Source: Paraspadella gotoi (taxonomy: Eukaryota > Animalia > Chaetognatha). Taken from it: 64,000 nucleotides of DNA. Shown one piece after another: positions 40,801 through 52,600 of the stretch (within the stretch, counting starts at the first letter, position 1; every line of letters starts with the position of its first letter). Made by a program: the position numbers and the translations under genes. Location: the NCBI GenBank assembly GCA_051294375.1, contig CM119269.1, positions 20,879,665 to 20,943,664 on the forward strand, given 5' to 3'. The notes under the pieces were generated by a model. That model was not told where the DNA came from. It searched no databases and saw only the letters and a list, made by a program, of their open reading frames with translations.

Positions 40801-41751
40801 AAAATGTAAGACAGGGAAGCAAAATGTCTCACGCATCCCTTCTAGAATTGTTGACTTTCTGACAGCAATAGTGACAGCAATGATACTATGATAGTATTCC
40901 TGATGGGCGCGATCCCAAAAGCATTACCCGCCTTCTCTGGGCACTCAGAGAAGGTTATGGTTACCAAATGTGAATCTTTTTAATTGATTGTGAGAGAGAG
41001 AGCAAGTTAAAAGTTTCCAACAAAGAATTGAAAAAGGACAGTGGTTACTGGTTAGTGGTGAAAGCGCTGATGAAGACTCGAAATGTTTTAGAGTCGAAAC
41101 ATGTCTGCCTTATAAAATAAAAATCATTGTTAACAAACCTATTAAATTCTTCATAGATCAAAAATATAAAATATGTTATTAAAAATTTTAATGTCTTCAG
41201 CATCAAAAATGAAAAAAAAGGTCAAAATTCTGCACTTTTTCACACTCGGTAGTAGAAATAGAAGTAGTAGTAGAAATTATTATATGATGAAACGTTTTAG
41301 TCATTTTTTGCAGCTTTAACTTTTTTTCCGGCGAATTCGAAACTCTTCTTAATATTTAAAAAAAATATGATTTTAAAATGTTATGATTTTATAAGGATGT
41401 CACAAAGAAAACTCAATTTATGATATGATATTTATGATTTTTTATTACGTATACAAAGGCAGTAAAAAAACAGTGTTCCATCGTTCAATCTTATCTTTTC
41501 CACAGTAATATATGATTAAACCGTCCTTCCTAATTTAGTTGTCCTTCTCAACTTTGGCTTTTTATCACTTGTATTTCTATTACTCCATCGGCATCGGCAT
41601 CACCAAAGCCACGGCTAAGGTTCCCCTACTGTTTTCTCCATCCATTCCTTACCTTCATTCTCTCCGCTACGGTGTAAAGCTGCCCGATCCGACCCTCTGC
41701 CAACTCGAGGGGAAGGAGAATTCGATATTCCACGCGTTGGATGTCGTCCAT
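17489..41751 (-). CDS. PITPN: Phosphatidylinositol transfer protein, class I-like, paralog A, 279 aa; exons 41751-41653, 32548-32319, 23240-23111, 21706-21667, 21311-21176, 21108-21037, 17621-17489
   Basis: Seven GT-AG exons (99+230+130+40+136+72+133=840 nt) join in frame from ATG to TGA, with PITP motifs [78 protein letters not shown]. Intron lengths are inflated by redundant assembly copies. Confidence 0.88.
17800..18420. mobile_element. Palindromic (fold-back) MITE in PITP-A intron 6
   Basis: Arms are reverse complements with substitutions (gatcaaaattcgaata ~17840 / tattcgaattttgatc ~18364; tttttgcatacgc / gcgtatgcaaaaa). Confidence 0.6.
18800..20910 (-). repeat. Noisy tandem duplicate of ~20930-23290 (PITP-A exons 3-6)
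   Basis: Collinear, indel-rich copies of exons 6 (18915-18984), 5 (~19051-19185), 4 (~19399-19437) and 3 (~20743-20867). Confidence 0.85.
21037..21108 (-). CDS. PITPN: PITP-A exon 6
   Basis: [24 protein letters not shown]; follows a 67-nt intron. Confidence 0.9.
21176..21311 (-). CDS. PITPN: PITP-A exon 5
   Basis: [45 protein letters not shown]. Confidence 0.92.
21667..21706 (-). CDS. PITPN: PITP-A exon 4
   Basis: [13 protein letters not shown]; ctcag acceptor, gtgagt donor. Confidence 0.85.
23111..23240 (-). CDS. PITPN: PITP-A exon 3
   Basis: [43 protein letters not shown]; copies at ~20743-20867 (-) and 36012-36142 (+). Confidence 0.9.
23860..28620 (+). repeat. Inverted duplicate of ~40373-45300 (PITP-B exons 6-7, intergenic region, PITP-A exon 1 at 27188-27289)
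   Basis: Reverse-complement identity over ~4.7 kb with scattered indels. Confidence 0.9.
28744..30186. mobile_element. ~1.44 kb insertion absent from the parallel copy
   Basis: Flanked by actaaat on both sides, with TAG...CTA ends; the copies at ~33445 and ~33660 read straight through the site. Confidence 0.55.
32319..32548 (-). CDS. PITPN: PITP-A exon 2
   Basis: [76 protein letters not shown]; ctcag acceptor, gtaagt donor. Noisy + strand copies at ~31146-31393 and ~34597-34832. Confidence 0.9.
35118..35308 (-). mobile_element. tRNA-derived SINE (other copies ~31684-31870, ~62484-62639; 3' fragments ~31996-32045, ~40278-40347, ~51837-51915)
   Basis: 73-nt head closed by a GCGGCCA...TGGCCGC acceptor-like stem, with A-box-like TGGTGCCAGAAGC and B-box GGTTCTATCCC, conserved body and TAA-rich tail; dispersed diverged copies. 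Confidence 0.7.
38090..40347 (+). repeat. Duplicate of 47225-51910 lacking the 2.5 kb telomere-repeat insertion (partial third copy 45305-46368)
   Basis: Collinear, including exon 5, the minisatellite, the HINE and the 22-bp tandem repeat. Confidence 0.88.
41653..41751 (-). CDS. PITPN: PITP-A exon 1
   Basis: [33 protein letters not shown], donor gtaagg. Confidence 0.9.
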
Positions 41752-42196
41752 CGTTTTGGCAATTATCAAAACAAATATAAGGAGCTAAAAATTTATTTAT
41801 CATATATAATTAGGCTAGGGGGTCAAACAATTCTGTCGGTTTTAAAGGTTTTAATAAACTGTTACATCTGAAATTAACATTTGACGATATTTTAGTTATA
41901 TATAAAGACATTAAGACATATAAAGACATTCGATCAATTAAGGATAATTGATTTTGGACATGAAATTTAATGTACACTTCAAGTTGTGGGGAAATGTTTT
42001 TTTTTATCGGCGTGAAATTTAAACAAAATTATTCGATTTGATTGAGACAGCAAAAGATTTAACTTAAACTTGTTAGCTGAGTGAAAAAGTGTCTGTGTGT
42101 GCGAGAGAAAGGGAGAGAGCAGAGAAGAAAGAGAGACAAAGAGAGGAAGAGAACGGTCTCAATCACCCGAAGAAGAGAGAGCAGAGGAGAGAGAGA

Positions 42197-42262
<66 letters not shown>

Positions 42263-43553
42263 GATGATGAGATAGAATATTACTAAAAAAGCCCGGGAAG
42301 AGGAGAAACAGCCCTTAGGGGCGATCCTATTTTGCGGGCCCTCCTCGGGGTCTTTAGAGAGAGACACACAGAGAGATGAGAGAGAGAGAGAGAGAATCTG
42401 TCCGAATGAGGAGAAGGTTATCTTTGTTAACAATAACAGGAATTCCAAAACCCGAATTTCTCGGCTCGATTCTTGCTACTCAAAGTTTTATCGTTGAACT
42501 TTTCTCGCCAACTGGTTCTGTCTCTTACCCTTTTTACTTTGAGTCGGTTTTGTTATTTGTTGTTGTTGTTACTCACTCTCTCTCTCTCTATCTTTCTCTC
42601 TCTCTTTTTTATCGTCGCAATCGCGATTGCGACGATATTGTAACGCTTTTGCGCACAAGTGGCGTCGTCGTCGTCGTTGTCGGCGTTGTCGTCGGCGTTC
42701 CAAATTATAGATCTCCTTTTTTATGATTAAATTTGGGTGTATGAAGCTGAAAATTTATATACAGCTTCTCATCATCGATGTGCTTAAAATTGAGTCTGGC
42801 AGTTATTAAATATGTTTTGTTTTCGTTTTATCAAAACAAACAAATTTTCTCTCTTTTATTTTTATATTTCTTTCTCTCTCTCTTTTCTCTTTTAATTACA
42901 TGTCTTTCTCCCTCTCTCTTTTCCCTAGTCACTGATTCATAGAAAAAAAAACGAGTCTGCAGCTGGCTCTGCAGGGGGTTATTCTTTTTTTCTCTTTTCT
43001 TTTGCTGCTTCTGCTGCTGCCTTTTGATTTCTTTCTTTCTCTCTCTCTCTCTCTCTCTCTCTGTAATTAATTTTTTCCCTCTACACTTATCGCCATTTAT
43101 TCCCAAATTTACATCCGAGATTTTCGTGGATTTTTTTTCCTAAATATTCTAAATATCAATCAGAATAATATTTTTTTCAATATATATTTACTTTATTATT
43201 GTAAATCGCTTTATCGCTAAATTATGCAAGTTGAAAAAATTATGCAAGATGAAAAAATTATGCAAGATGAAAAAATTATACAAGTTGAAAAAATTATGCA
43301 AGTTGAAAAAAGAAAAAAAAAAGTAATTATCAAAAAGTATAATTTTATCTACTAACATAAATCCTATGAAAATAAATGAAGCTAAATGTTAAAGACCAGC
43401 AGTAATTAAAACTATTTTAACCATTAGACAAAAAAAATTTACAATTATCTTGTTTTAACCAAACAACCTCATACTAAGTTGGATGGTGACCAATTAGTTT
43501 AAAAATGAAAAAAAAGTAGTATATACGTTTATGAAAGGAATTGTTTCCACCTC

Positions 43554-43683
43554 TCAAGCAAACATCCCCCTGGGTTCGCCAGTTAAAAGAAGTTCGTCCA
43601 GGTCCTTCTTAGTTTTCTTCTCCAAGTCCCGGATGTCCTCGATGGTCATACCGTGCCAATGATCGATCGAGCAAAACATTTCC
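43554..43683 (-). CDS. PITPN: PITP-B exon 7 (terminal)
   Basis: [42 protein letters not shown]-stop; noisy + strand copy at ~25153-25284. Confidence 0.92.
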
Positions 43684-46600
43684 CTAATATTGTAAAGTGA
43701 TTTTGTAAATGGAATTTCGGTTTATTCACGAAATCCTTCTTTGCATTTCCATGAATACACAATATTAGGATCAAAGTAAAAATATTTGATGATAAAAAAA
43801 TGAATTAATAGCATTGAGTTGGTGAGAGAGAGAGAGTGATGAGGGATAGGTAAGTTAAAGGATTAGTGAAATGAATAGAGATAAAGAAAGAGCTAAAAAA
43901 ACTGTTTTTTTAAATACCAAACACAACGAATAGAAAGGTTTACAACAATGTCAACTAGTAAGAAATAAATAAAATTGAAAAGGAAGAATAAGTGGTGAGA
44001 GATAGATAAGATAAGGATAAGTAAAAAAAATTTAAAAAAAGCTCAAAATCAGCTGCCCCCCTGGCCGGGAAAAAGTGGCTGGGTCGTTGGCTGAGAGGAT
44101 ATTTTTTTGGAGTGAGATAATTCTTAAAACTAAATGAAAAGAGAGAAAATACACAATATTATTTTTATAAAAAAAAGTGAATGGGAAATAAAGACTTTTT
44201 AAAGAGGAATGCATTTGTGTAACTTAAAATTCATTCCAGAGCTACAAAACCTTAAACACAAGTAGTTAAAAATACATTTTCTTGTGCTCCGACATTCTTT
44301 TTGATCAGTTACTTTTAAAAAATCACTGCTAAGAAACGTATAAACACATATTAACCAAATTTACACAAATATTTCCTTTTTCCATGAATATTATTCACTT
44401 ATAATATTTTTTATTTTAAAGGAATCTAACTCGATTTATTTTCATAACGATTTTTGTTTTTGGGTGTCTTCTTTTTTTTGCACAGGTCGATAAAACAATA
44501 AGGGGCTTCTCCTTTACACTAAAATAACCTGTGGAAAGTTAGCAAAATCCTGTATATCGTTTCTTTTATGATGTTTTCAATCTTGGTCTGTTGTCCGAAC
44601 CTAAAAATATATTTAAATTTTTAAAAGAAAAGAAATTGTGTTTTTTTCCTTTCTGTTTCATTGTGATTTGATTTAGAACAANNNNNNNNNNNNNNNNNNN
44701 NNNNNNNNNNNNNNNNNNNNNNNNNNNNNNNNNNNNNNNNNNNNNNNNNNNNNNNNNNNNNNNNNNNNNNNNNNNNNNNNNNNNNNNNNNNNNNNNNNNN
44801 NNNNNNNNNNNNNNNNNNNNNNNNNNNNNNNNNNNNNNNNNNNNNNNNNNNNNNNNNNNNNNNNNNNNNNNNNNNNNNNNNNNNNNNNNNNNNNNNNNNN
44901 NNNNNNNNNNNNNNNNNNNNNNNNNNNNNNNNNNNNNNNNNNNNNNNNNNNNNNNNNNNNNNNNNNNNNNNNNNNNNNNNNNNNNNNNNNNNNNNNNNNN
45001 NNNNNNNNNNNNNNNAGTTTGAAGAGAGAATTTAACAACGATTTTTATTTCATAGTGAAACGAACAATGTTTTCGAGCTCACATACGAGTCTTCTTCAGC
45101 GCCAATTCAATTTGTGATTGAAGAGAATTTTGTGCATAAAGAAAGAGAGAGAGAGAGAGAGAGACAGAGCAAAGTTTCCAACACAGAGCTTGAGATGAAA
45201 AGATAGTGTTCAGTTTTTTATTAGGTGACAGGTGAAGATGAGGACAGAGATAGTTTGTGAAAAGAAATTGAAATGGAGGAGAAGAGAGAGGACAGTGCTG
45301 AAATATTCGTTGTTAAATCTCTCTTCAAACTTTGTTCTAAAGAAAAGAAAGAAAAGTAAAAATTTCTACCATTTACCATTTAAATTTTAAGGAAAGGAGC
45401 TTGTAANNNNNNNNNNNNNNNNNNNNNNNNNNNNNNNNNNNNNNNNNNNNNNNNNNNNNNNNNNNNNNNNNNNNNNNNNNNNNNNNNNNNNNNNNNNNNN
45501 NNNNNNNNNNNNNNNNNNNNNNNNNNNNNNNNNNNNNNNNNNNNNNNNNNNNNNNNNNNNNNNNNNNNNNNNNNNNNNNNNNNNNNNNNNNNNNNNNNNN
45601 NNNNNNNNNNNNNNNNNNNNNNNNNNNNNNNNNNNNNNNNNNNNNNNNNNNNNNNNNNNNNNNNNNNNNNNNNNNNNNNNNNNNNNNNNNNNNNNNNNNN
45701 NNNNNNNNNNNNNNNNNNNNNNNNNNNNNNNNNNNNNNNNNNNNNNNNNNNNNNNNNNNNNNNNNNNNNNNNNNNNNNNNNNNNNNNNNNNNNNNNNNNN
45801 NNNNNNNNNNNNNNNNNNNNNNNNNNNNNNNNNNNNNNNNNNNNNNNNNNTTAACTTGCATCATTTTTTGAACTCGCATAATTTTTTCCATGCACATATT
45901 TTTTCAACTCATCATTTTTTCAATTTACATCATTTTTACAATTCGCATCATTTTTTCAACTCGCATCATTTTTTCAACTCGTATCATTTTTTCCTCTCAA
46001 ATAATTTTTTCAACTCATCATTTTTTCAATTTACATAATTTTTACAATTCGCATAATTTTTTTTAACTTNNNNNNNNNNNNNNNNNNNNNNNNNNNNNNN
46101 NNNNNNNNNNNNNNNNNNNNNNNNNNNNNNNNNNNNNNNNNNNNNNNNNNNNNNNNNNNNNNNNNNNNNNNNNNNNNNNNNNNNNNNNNNNNNNNNNNNN
46201 NNNNNNNNNNNNNNNNNNNNNNNNNNNNNNNNNNNNNNNNNNNNNNNNNNNNNNNNNNNNNNNNNNNNNNNNNNNNNNNAATTAATTAAAACATTTATTA
46301 GTAATCATAAATAAAAAAAGATTCAAGAATATGTTGAATTTTTTTTTAAGCGAGATTCTCGTTTACANNNNNNNNNNNNNNNNNNNNNNNNNCTTAGCAA
46401 AATCCTGTATATCGTTTCTTTTATGATGTTTTCAATCTTGGTCTGTTGTCCGAACCTAAAATATATTTAAATTTTTTAAAGAAAAGAAATGTGTTTTTTT
46501 TCCTTTCTGTTTCATTGTGATTTGATTTTAGAACAAAGTTTGAAGAGAGATTTAACAACGATTTTTATTTCATAGTGAAACGAACATGTTTCGACTCACA

Positions 46601-49600
46601 TACGAGTCTTCTTCAGCGCCAATTCAATTTGTGAATTTGAAGAGAATTTTGTGCATAAAGAAAGAGAGAGAGGGAGAGACAGAGCAAAGTTTCCAACACA
46701 GAGCTTGAGAGAAAAGATAAGTGTTCAGTTTTTTATTAGGGCACAGGTGAGGTGAGGACAGAGATAGTTTGTGAAAAGAAATTGAAATGGAGAGAGAGAG
46801 AGAGAGACAGTGCTTGAAATTTCCCTTTTCCTAATTACTTAGCTATCCCTCACTAACAATAAATATTTCACATTTCTGAACTTCTATTTCATTTCTCTTA
46901 ATTTATTACTGTAGCTAATTGTTGATATTATTCATTGTTAAAGTTACCAAATTTTAACATTGTTGTACATTTCATAATGTATTATATTTTCAAGCACTGT
47001 CTCTCTCTCTCTCTCCATTTCAATTTCTTTTCACACAAACTATCTCTGTCCTCACCTTTCACCTGTCCCTAATAAAAACTGAACACTATCTTTTCTCTCA
47101 AGCTCTGTGTTGGAACTTTGCTCTGTCTCTCTCTCTCTCTCTTTCTTTAAGCACAAAATTCTCTTCAAATTCACAATTTGAATTGCCGCTGAAGAAGTCG
47201 AACATGTCCGTTTCACTATGAAATTAAAAATCGTTGTTAAATCTCTCTTCAAACTTTGTTCTAAAGAAAAGAGAAGAAAAGTAAAAATTTCTACCATTTA
47301 CCATTTTAAATTTTAAGGAAAGGAGCTTGTAAATACACATAACCGCGCCTTGCAAATCTTTTTGCCAATCAACCCAGACCAAAGGGCCACGCGACCGGTC
47401 TTGGCGGCAAGTGAACGTTGGTCGGGTCCATGTTGGGGTCGTAATCATCTGCATGAGAAAATTTAAATTGGCGTCGATCGTTAATTTAAGTTTATTTTAA
47501 AATTGAAAAGTTTGAATATTTGGTACATATGTCTGATATGATCAGATTAAGTTGACTACGAACTAAACAACTTTGAGCAAACAATGTCGCGATCTGCCTA
47601 CAATACATTAAGCGGAATCTTCTGTAATCAGATGATAAATCACAATATTTAAAAAAAAATTTTTAACTCGCAACATTTTTTTAACTTTGCATCATTCTTT
47701 TGAACTCGCATAATTTTTTCCCATGGCACATATTTTTTCAACTCATCATTTTTTCAATTTACATCATTTTTTACAATTCGCATCATTTTTAACTCGCATC
47801 AATTTTTTCAACTCGTATCATTTTTCCTCTCAATAATTTTTTCAACTCATCATTTTTTTCAATTTAACATAATTTTACAATTCGCATAATTTTTTTAACT
47901 TGCATCATTTTTTCAACTTGCATCATTTTTTTCAACTTGCATAATTTCTTCAACTTGCATAATTTTTTCAACTTGCATAAATTTTTTCAACTTGCATAAT
48001 TTTTCAACTTGCATAATTTTTTTCAACTTGCATAATTTTTTTTCAACTTGCATCAATTTTTTCAACTTGCATAATTTTTTTTTCAACTTGCATAATTTTT
48101 TCAACTTGCATAATTTTTTCAACTGTGCCATAATTTTTTTCAAATTGTTATTCATTTTTCAAATTTAATTAAATTAATTAATTAAAAACATTTATTAGTA
48201 ATCATAAATAAAAAAAAGATTCAAGAATATGTGAATTTTTTTTTAAGCGAATTCTCGTTTACATAGGAGCTCTACGTCGCTTCTAAGAGATCGAGGAAGA
48301 CTTTTTCAATTGGAGATTTTTGTTCAATCTGACTACCAAACAATATAAACGCTCCTGGTAAATTCTGTAAAATATCGATGGTAAAAACACTTGATTCCGA
48401 TCCTGTTGCCATCTGAAGGGCTCGCATTTTTTTTTTCTCTGGCAAATCATCAACATCTTGATATCAAACAAGCCAGAAACAAATAGACTGCTTCTGGATG
48501 GAAAAATTTTCATCTCTGTGATTTAATATAGAAATGAAAGGGATTTTTTTCCCTGAAAAACGATATTAAACGTGACTGAGGTATGTTCCTGCTTCAACAA
48601 ATGATGGTCCAATTTGGTTAATATTTTCTATATTTATAGTCGGATTTTTTTGAAACTTAATATTAAACATAATATGCCATCATTCTACCTTGGCGGTATA
48701 AGAATATATTAAAAAACCTCGGGCTTTGGTTCGTCAGAGCTTAGTCCTAATTACAGCTCAATCACACACTTCCTACCACTCACAAAATTTCATTCCAATC
48801 CTAAGTTGTAGTTCATCTTCAAATAGCGATGTCGCCGGCGATTCAGCAAGAGTCCGCAGGTGTGCAGTTCTAGTTGGTTGGCAGACTATTCGCCATCGGC
48901 GATATCGCCAGGGCTTTGGGCGATGTCGCCAGTCCCCCCATCTGCCGACCTCGGCCAGTGATAAAAAGTAAGCGAATATAATGAAAAAGCGCAAGCTAAC
49001 ACGGGATGAGCATAAACCTTCAGGCTCCTCTCCCAACCCTTAACCCTAAACCAAACCTCCCGCTTCTACTCTGTGCCTCTCCCCTAACCCTAAACCCGGG
49101 CTGGGCCCTCCCGTACATCTCCATGCCTCAAAACCCTATACCCTAACTCGCTTTGATGCATTCAACCAGGGCCCCTCCCCCAACCCTAACTCCTAAACAG
49201 CCTTCCGTTGTCAACTCTGTGCCTCTCCCCTAACACCTAAACCCAGGGCTCAGCCTCCCGTACATCTCCGTGCCTCAACGCCTAAACCTAAACCGCCTTC
49301 GATGGCATCACCACGGGCCCCTCCCCCAACCCTAACCCTAAACTAAGCTTCCCGTTCAACTTCCATGCCATCTCCCCTAACCCAGACCCAGGGCCCAGCC
49401 TTCCGTACAATCTCCGTGCGCTCAACCCTAACCCTAAACCACCTCGATGCATCAACCAGGTCCTCCCGCAACCCTACCCTAAACCAAACCTCCCGTTTCA
49501 ACTCCATGCCCTCCCCTAACCCCTAAACCAGGCCCGGCCTCCCGAGACTACATCTCCGTACCTCAACCCTAACCCTAATTGCCTATCGATATATAACCCA

Positions 49601-52600
49601 CGGGCCTCTCTCCCAACCCTAACCCTAAACCGCGGCCAGGCTCCCGTACATCTCCGTACCTTCAACACCTACCCTAATTGCCGTCGATATATAACCTCAC
49701 GGGCCTCTCTCCCAACCCTACCCTAAACCGGGCCCAGGCTCCCGTACATCTCCGTGCCTCACCCTAACCCTAACGGGGCCGTCTTTGGTCCTCCAACAAC
49801 ACCCTCCTACCGCCTATCCCTAAAATCACATTAATAATAACCTAAAATAAAACTTAAACTTAAGCTCAACCCTAACCCTAACCCCTAAACTACACAACCC
49901 TAACCCTAACTACTCAAACCCTAACCCTTAACTACTACCAACTCAACCCTAACCCTACCAACTCACCTTAACCTAAATCTTGAGTTTAGTTTAGGGCGAA
50001 ATCGCCTTAACTAGAACGCTAGATGTGGTTCAGTGCCGAAATCGCCAAATCGCGACTTAGCCCATGACGCCCACCGCCATTTGGCGATTTAGCTGTGAAC
50101 TACATCTAGCGTTCTTAGTTTATGGTCGATTTCGCCTAAAATAACACTCAGATTAGGGTTAGGGTTTAGGGTTGGTTGGTTTAGGGTTAGGGTTGAGTAG
50201 GTAAGTGTTAGGAGTTAGGGTGAGTAGTTTATGGGTTAGGGTTGAGAGTTTAGGGTTAGGGGTTAGGTTGAGTTAAGTTAAGTTTATATTTTAGGCTTAT
50301 TATTAATGTCAATTTTAGGGATAGGGGTAGGAGAGGGTGTTGTTTGATGACCAAGAGGCCCGCGTTGGGTTAAGGGTTGAGGCACGGAGATGTTACGGTG
50401 GAGGCCTGGGCCCCGGTTTAGGGTTAAGGGTTTAGGAGAGAGAGGCCCGTGGCGTTATATAATCGAAGGGCAATTAGGGTTAGGGTTGAGTGTACGGAGA
50501 TGTAGCGGGAGGCCTGGGGCCCGGTTAGGGTTAGGGTTGGGAAGAAGAGGCCGTTGGTTTTATATATCGAAGGCAATTAGGTTAGGTTGAGGTACGGAGA
50601 TGTACGGGAGGCCGGGGCCTGGTTTCAGGCGTTGAGGGGAGAGCATAGGCAGTTGAACGGGAGGCTTGGTTAGGGTTAGGGTTGCGGGAGGGACCCATGG
50701 TTGATGACCATCGAAGGCGGTTAGGGTTAGGTTGAAGGCACGGCAGATGTACGGAGGCTGGCCTGGTGTTAGCGGTTAGGGGGAAGGCAATGGAGTTTGA
50801 ACGGGGAAGCTTTGTTTAGGAGTTAGGGTTGGGGAGGCGGCCCCGTGGTTGATGGCATCGAAGGCGGTTAGGGTTAGGGTTGAGGCACGGAAGATGTACG
50901 GGAGGCTTGAGCCTGGTTAGGGTTAAGGGAGAGGCACAGAAGGTTGAACGGAAGGCTTGGTTTAGGGCTTAGGGTTGGGGCGAGGGGACCCGTGGTTGAT
51001 GCATTCAAAGGCTGGTTAGGGTTAGGAGTTTGAAGCATGGAAGAATTGTTACGGGAGCCGGCCCGGTTAGGGTTAGGGGAGAGGCACAAGTGAACGGGGA
51101 GGTTTGGGTTTAGGGTTAGGGTTGAGAGAGGAAGCCTGAAAGGTGATGCTCAATCCCCGTGTAGCTGCCGCTCGTTTCATTTTATATTCGCTACTGTTTA
51201 TCACTGGCGAGGTCGCCAGTGGGGGGACTGGCGACATCGCCAAAGCCCTGGCCGATATCGCCATGGCGACGAGTCGCCAACCAACTAAGAACCATTCCAT
51301 CCAATCACGAGTAATTGGTTTTTTTGCTAAGGTGGGGGCAACGGACGGACGGACATTCATTTTTTTTGCATAATTTATCATAATTGATGTTCTGACATTG
51401 ACGATTAGTAGCTGACCCGACAATATTGAGCGTGGTGGACCGACGGCCGACAAAGTGAATTTGGAAAAAAAATTATGCTTGCTATTTTAACACTCATCGC
51501 CATCATAGGAAAATATTTTGAACTTTATTTTCCAAACGAAAGACAGGTTCATATACCTTGTAGTTGTACGATTCAGAGAGGTTACCGCTTTGACATTTAC
51601 CAACAACAACAAACAAAAAAAATCTTAAAAGTATAGTGATCTCGCCAGACATTACTATTAAAAAAATTAATGAAAAAATCTGTAAAAAAACCAAATGATT
51701 GATGCGATAACGAATTATTGATGTAATAGTAATTGATTATTGATGTAATAGTAATTGATTATTGATGTAATAGTAATTGATTGATCAAATAGTAATAGAT
51801 TGATATAATAGTAATTGATTGATATAATGATGGGGTGCTGAACCCGCCTGATTCAAAGCTTAGGAACTGCTTATATTGAATGGTTCTGTCACTTACTCAT
51901 AACAATTATTACTGTCTCTTCACCATTAAAATCATATTGACACTTACTCGGAAACATTATTGAGTTGGCGATGTCGATAGTAATGACCTGAGATGACCAA
52001 GACATAATTATGCAATTTTTATAATTAATCAAGTTTTATATGAAAAAATATATGTATATTGAATAAAAACTCACGGGTAGCAAGTCAATAATCTTCATAG
52101 ACATCAGTTACCTTTCTGCTTTTGAGTTGATCCTCTGTTAGTTCAAAAATATTTTCCTGAGTTCCTTCATCATCGGCAACGAATTTAGACTCGAAATTTA
52201 GAACGAAATTTGTTTTCATGTAAGTGTTGCTGTATCTTGTCCTTAAACCAAAAATATACCGTGTATAGTAGCGTATGGTTTAACACTACAACTATTACTG
52301 ACAATTACTGAGAATCACGAGCCAACCTCAAAGCATCAAAAGAGAGGAAGAAAGCAAGTCAGAGAGAGAGAGCAGAGGGAAGAAAAAAATTAGAATTATA
52401 ATAGTAGGTCGACTTACGCCACCACAGTGGGATAAGCGTTCCAGGATTCCTCGTGAACTTCCAGAGATCCCGTTGGCGACAGAGCTTGAATCGAAACCGG
52501 AGCTTTCTTTTTGAGCTGGATGATTTTGTAACTGTACTGCAACGGAATTGCTCCCAGTCTTTGAGTCCAAGGGTAGTCGGTCTTAATAGGCCCCTTAACA

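Noticed and set aside
47665-48145. CRISPR-like array
   Set aside because: Head-to-tail minisatellite with no unique spacers, eukaryotic context, no cas genes.
49020-51130. Telomere-telomere fusion site or true chromosome end
   Set aside because: Orientation is CCCTAA then TTAGGG (opposite to a fusion), the repeats are interrupted minisatellite units, and an empty site exists.
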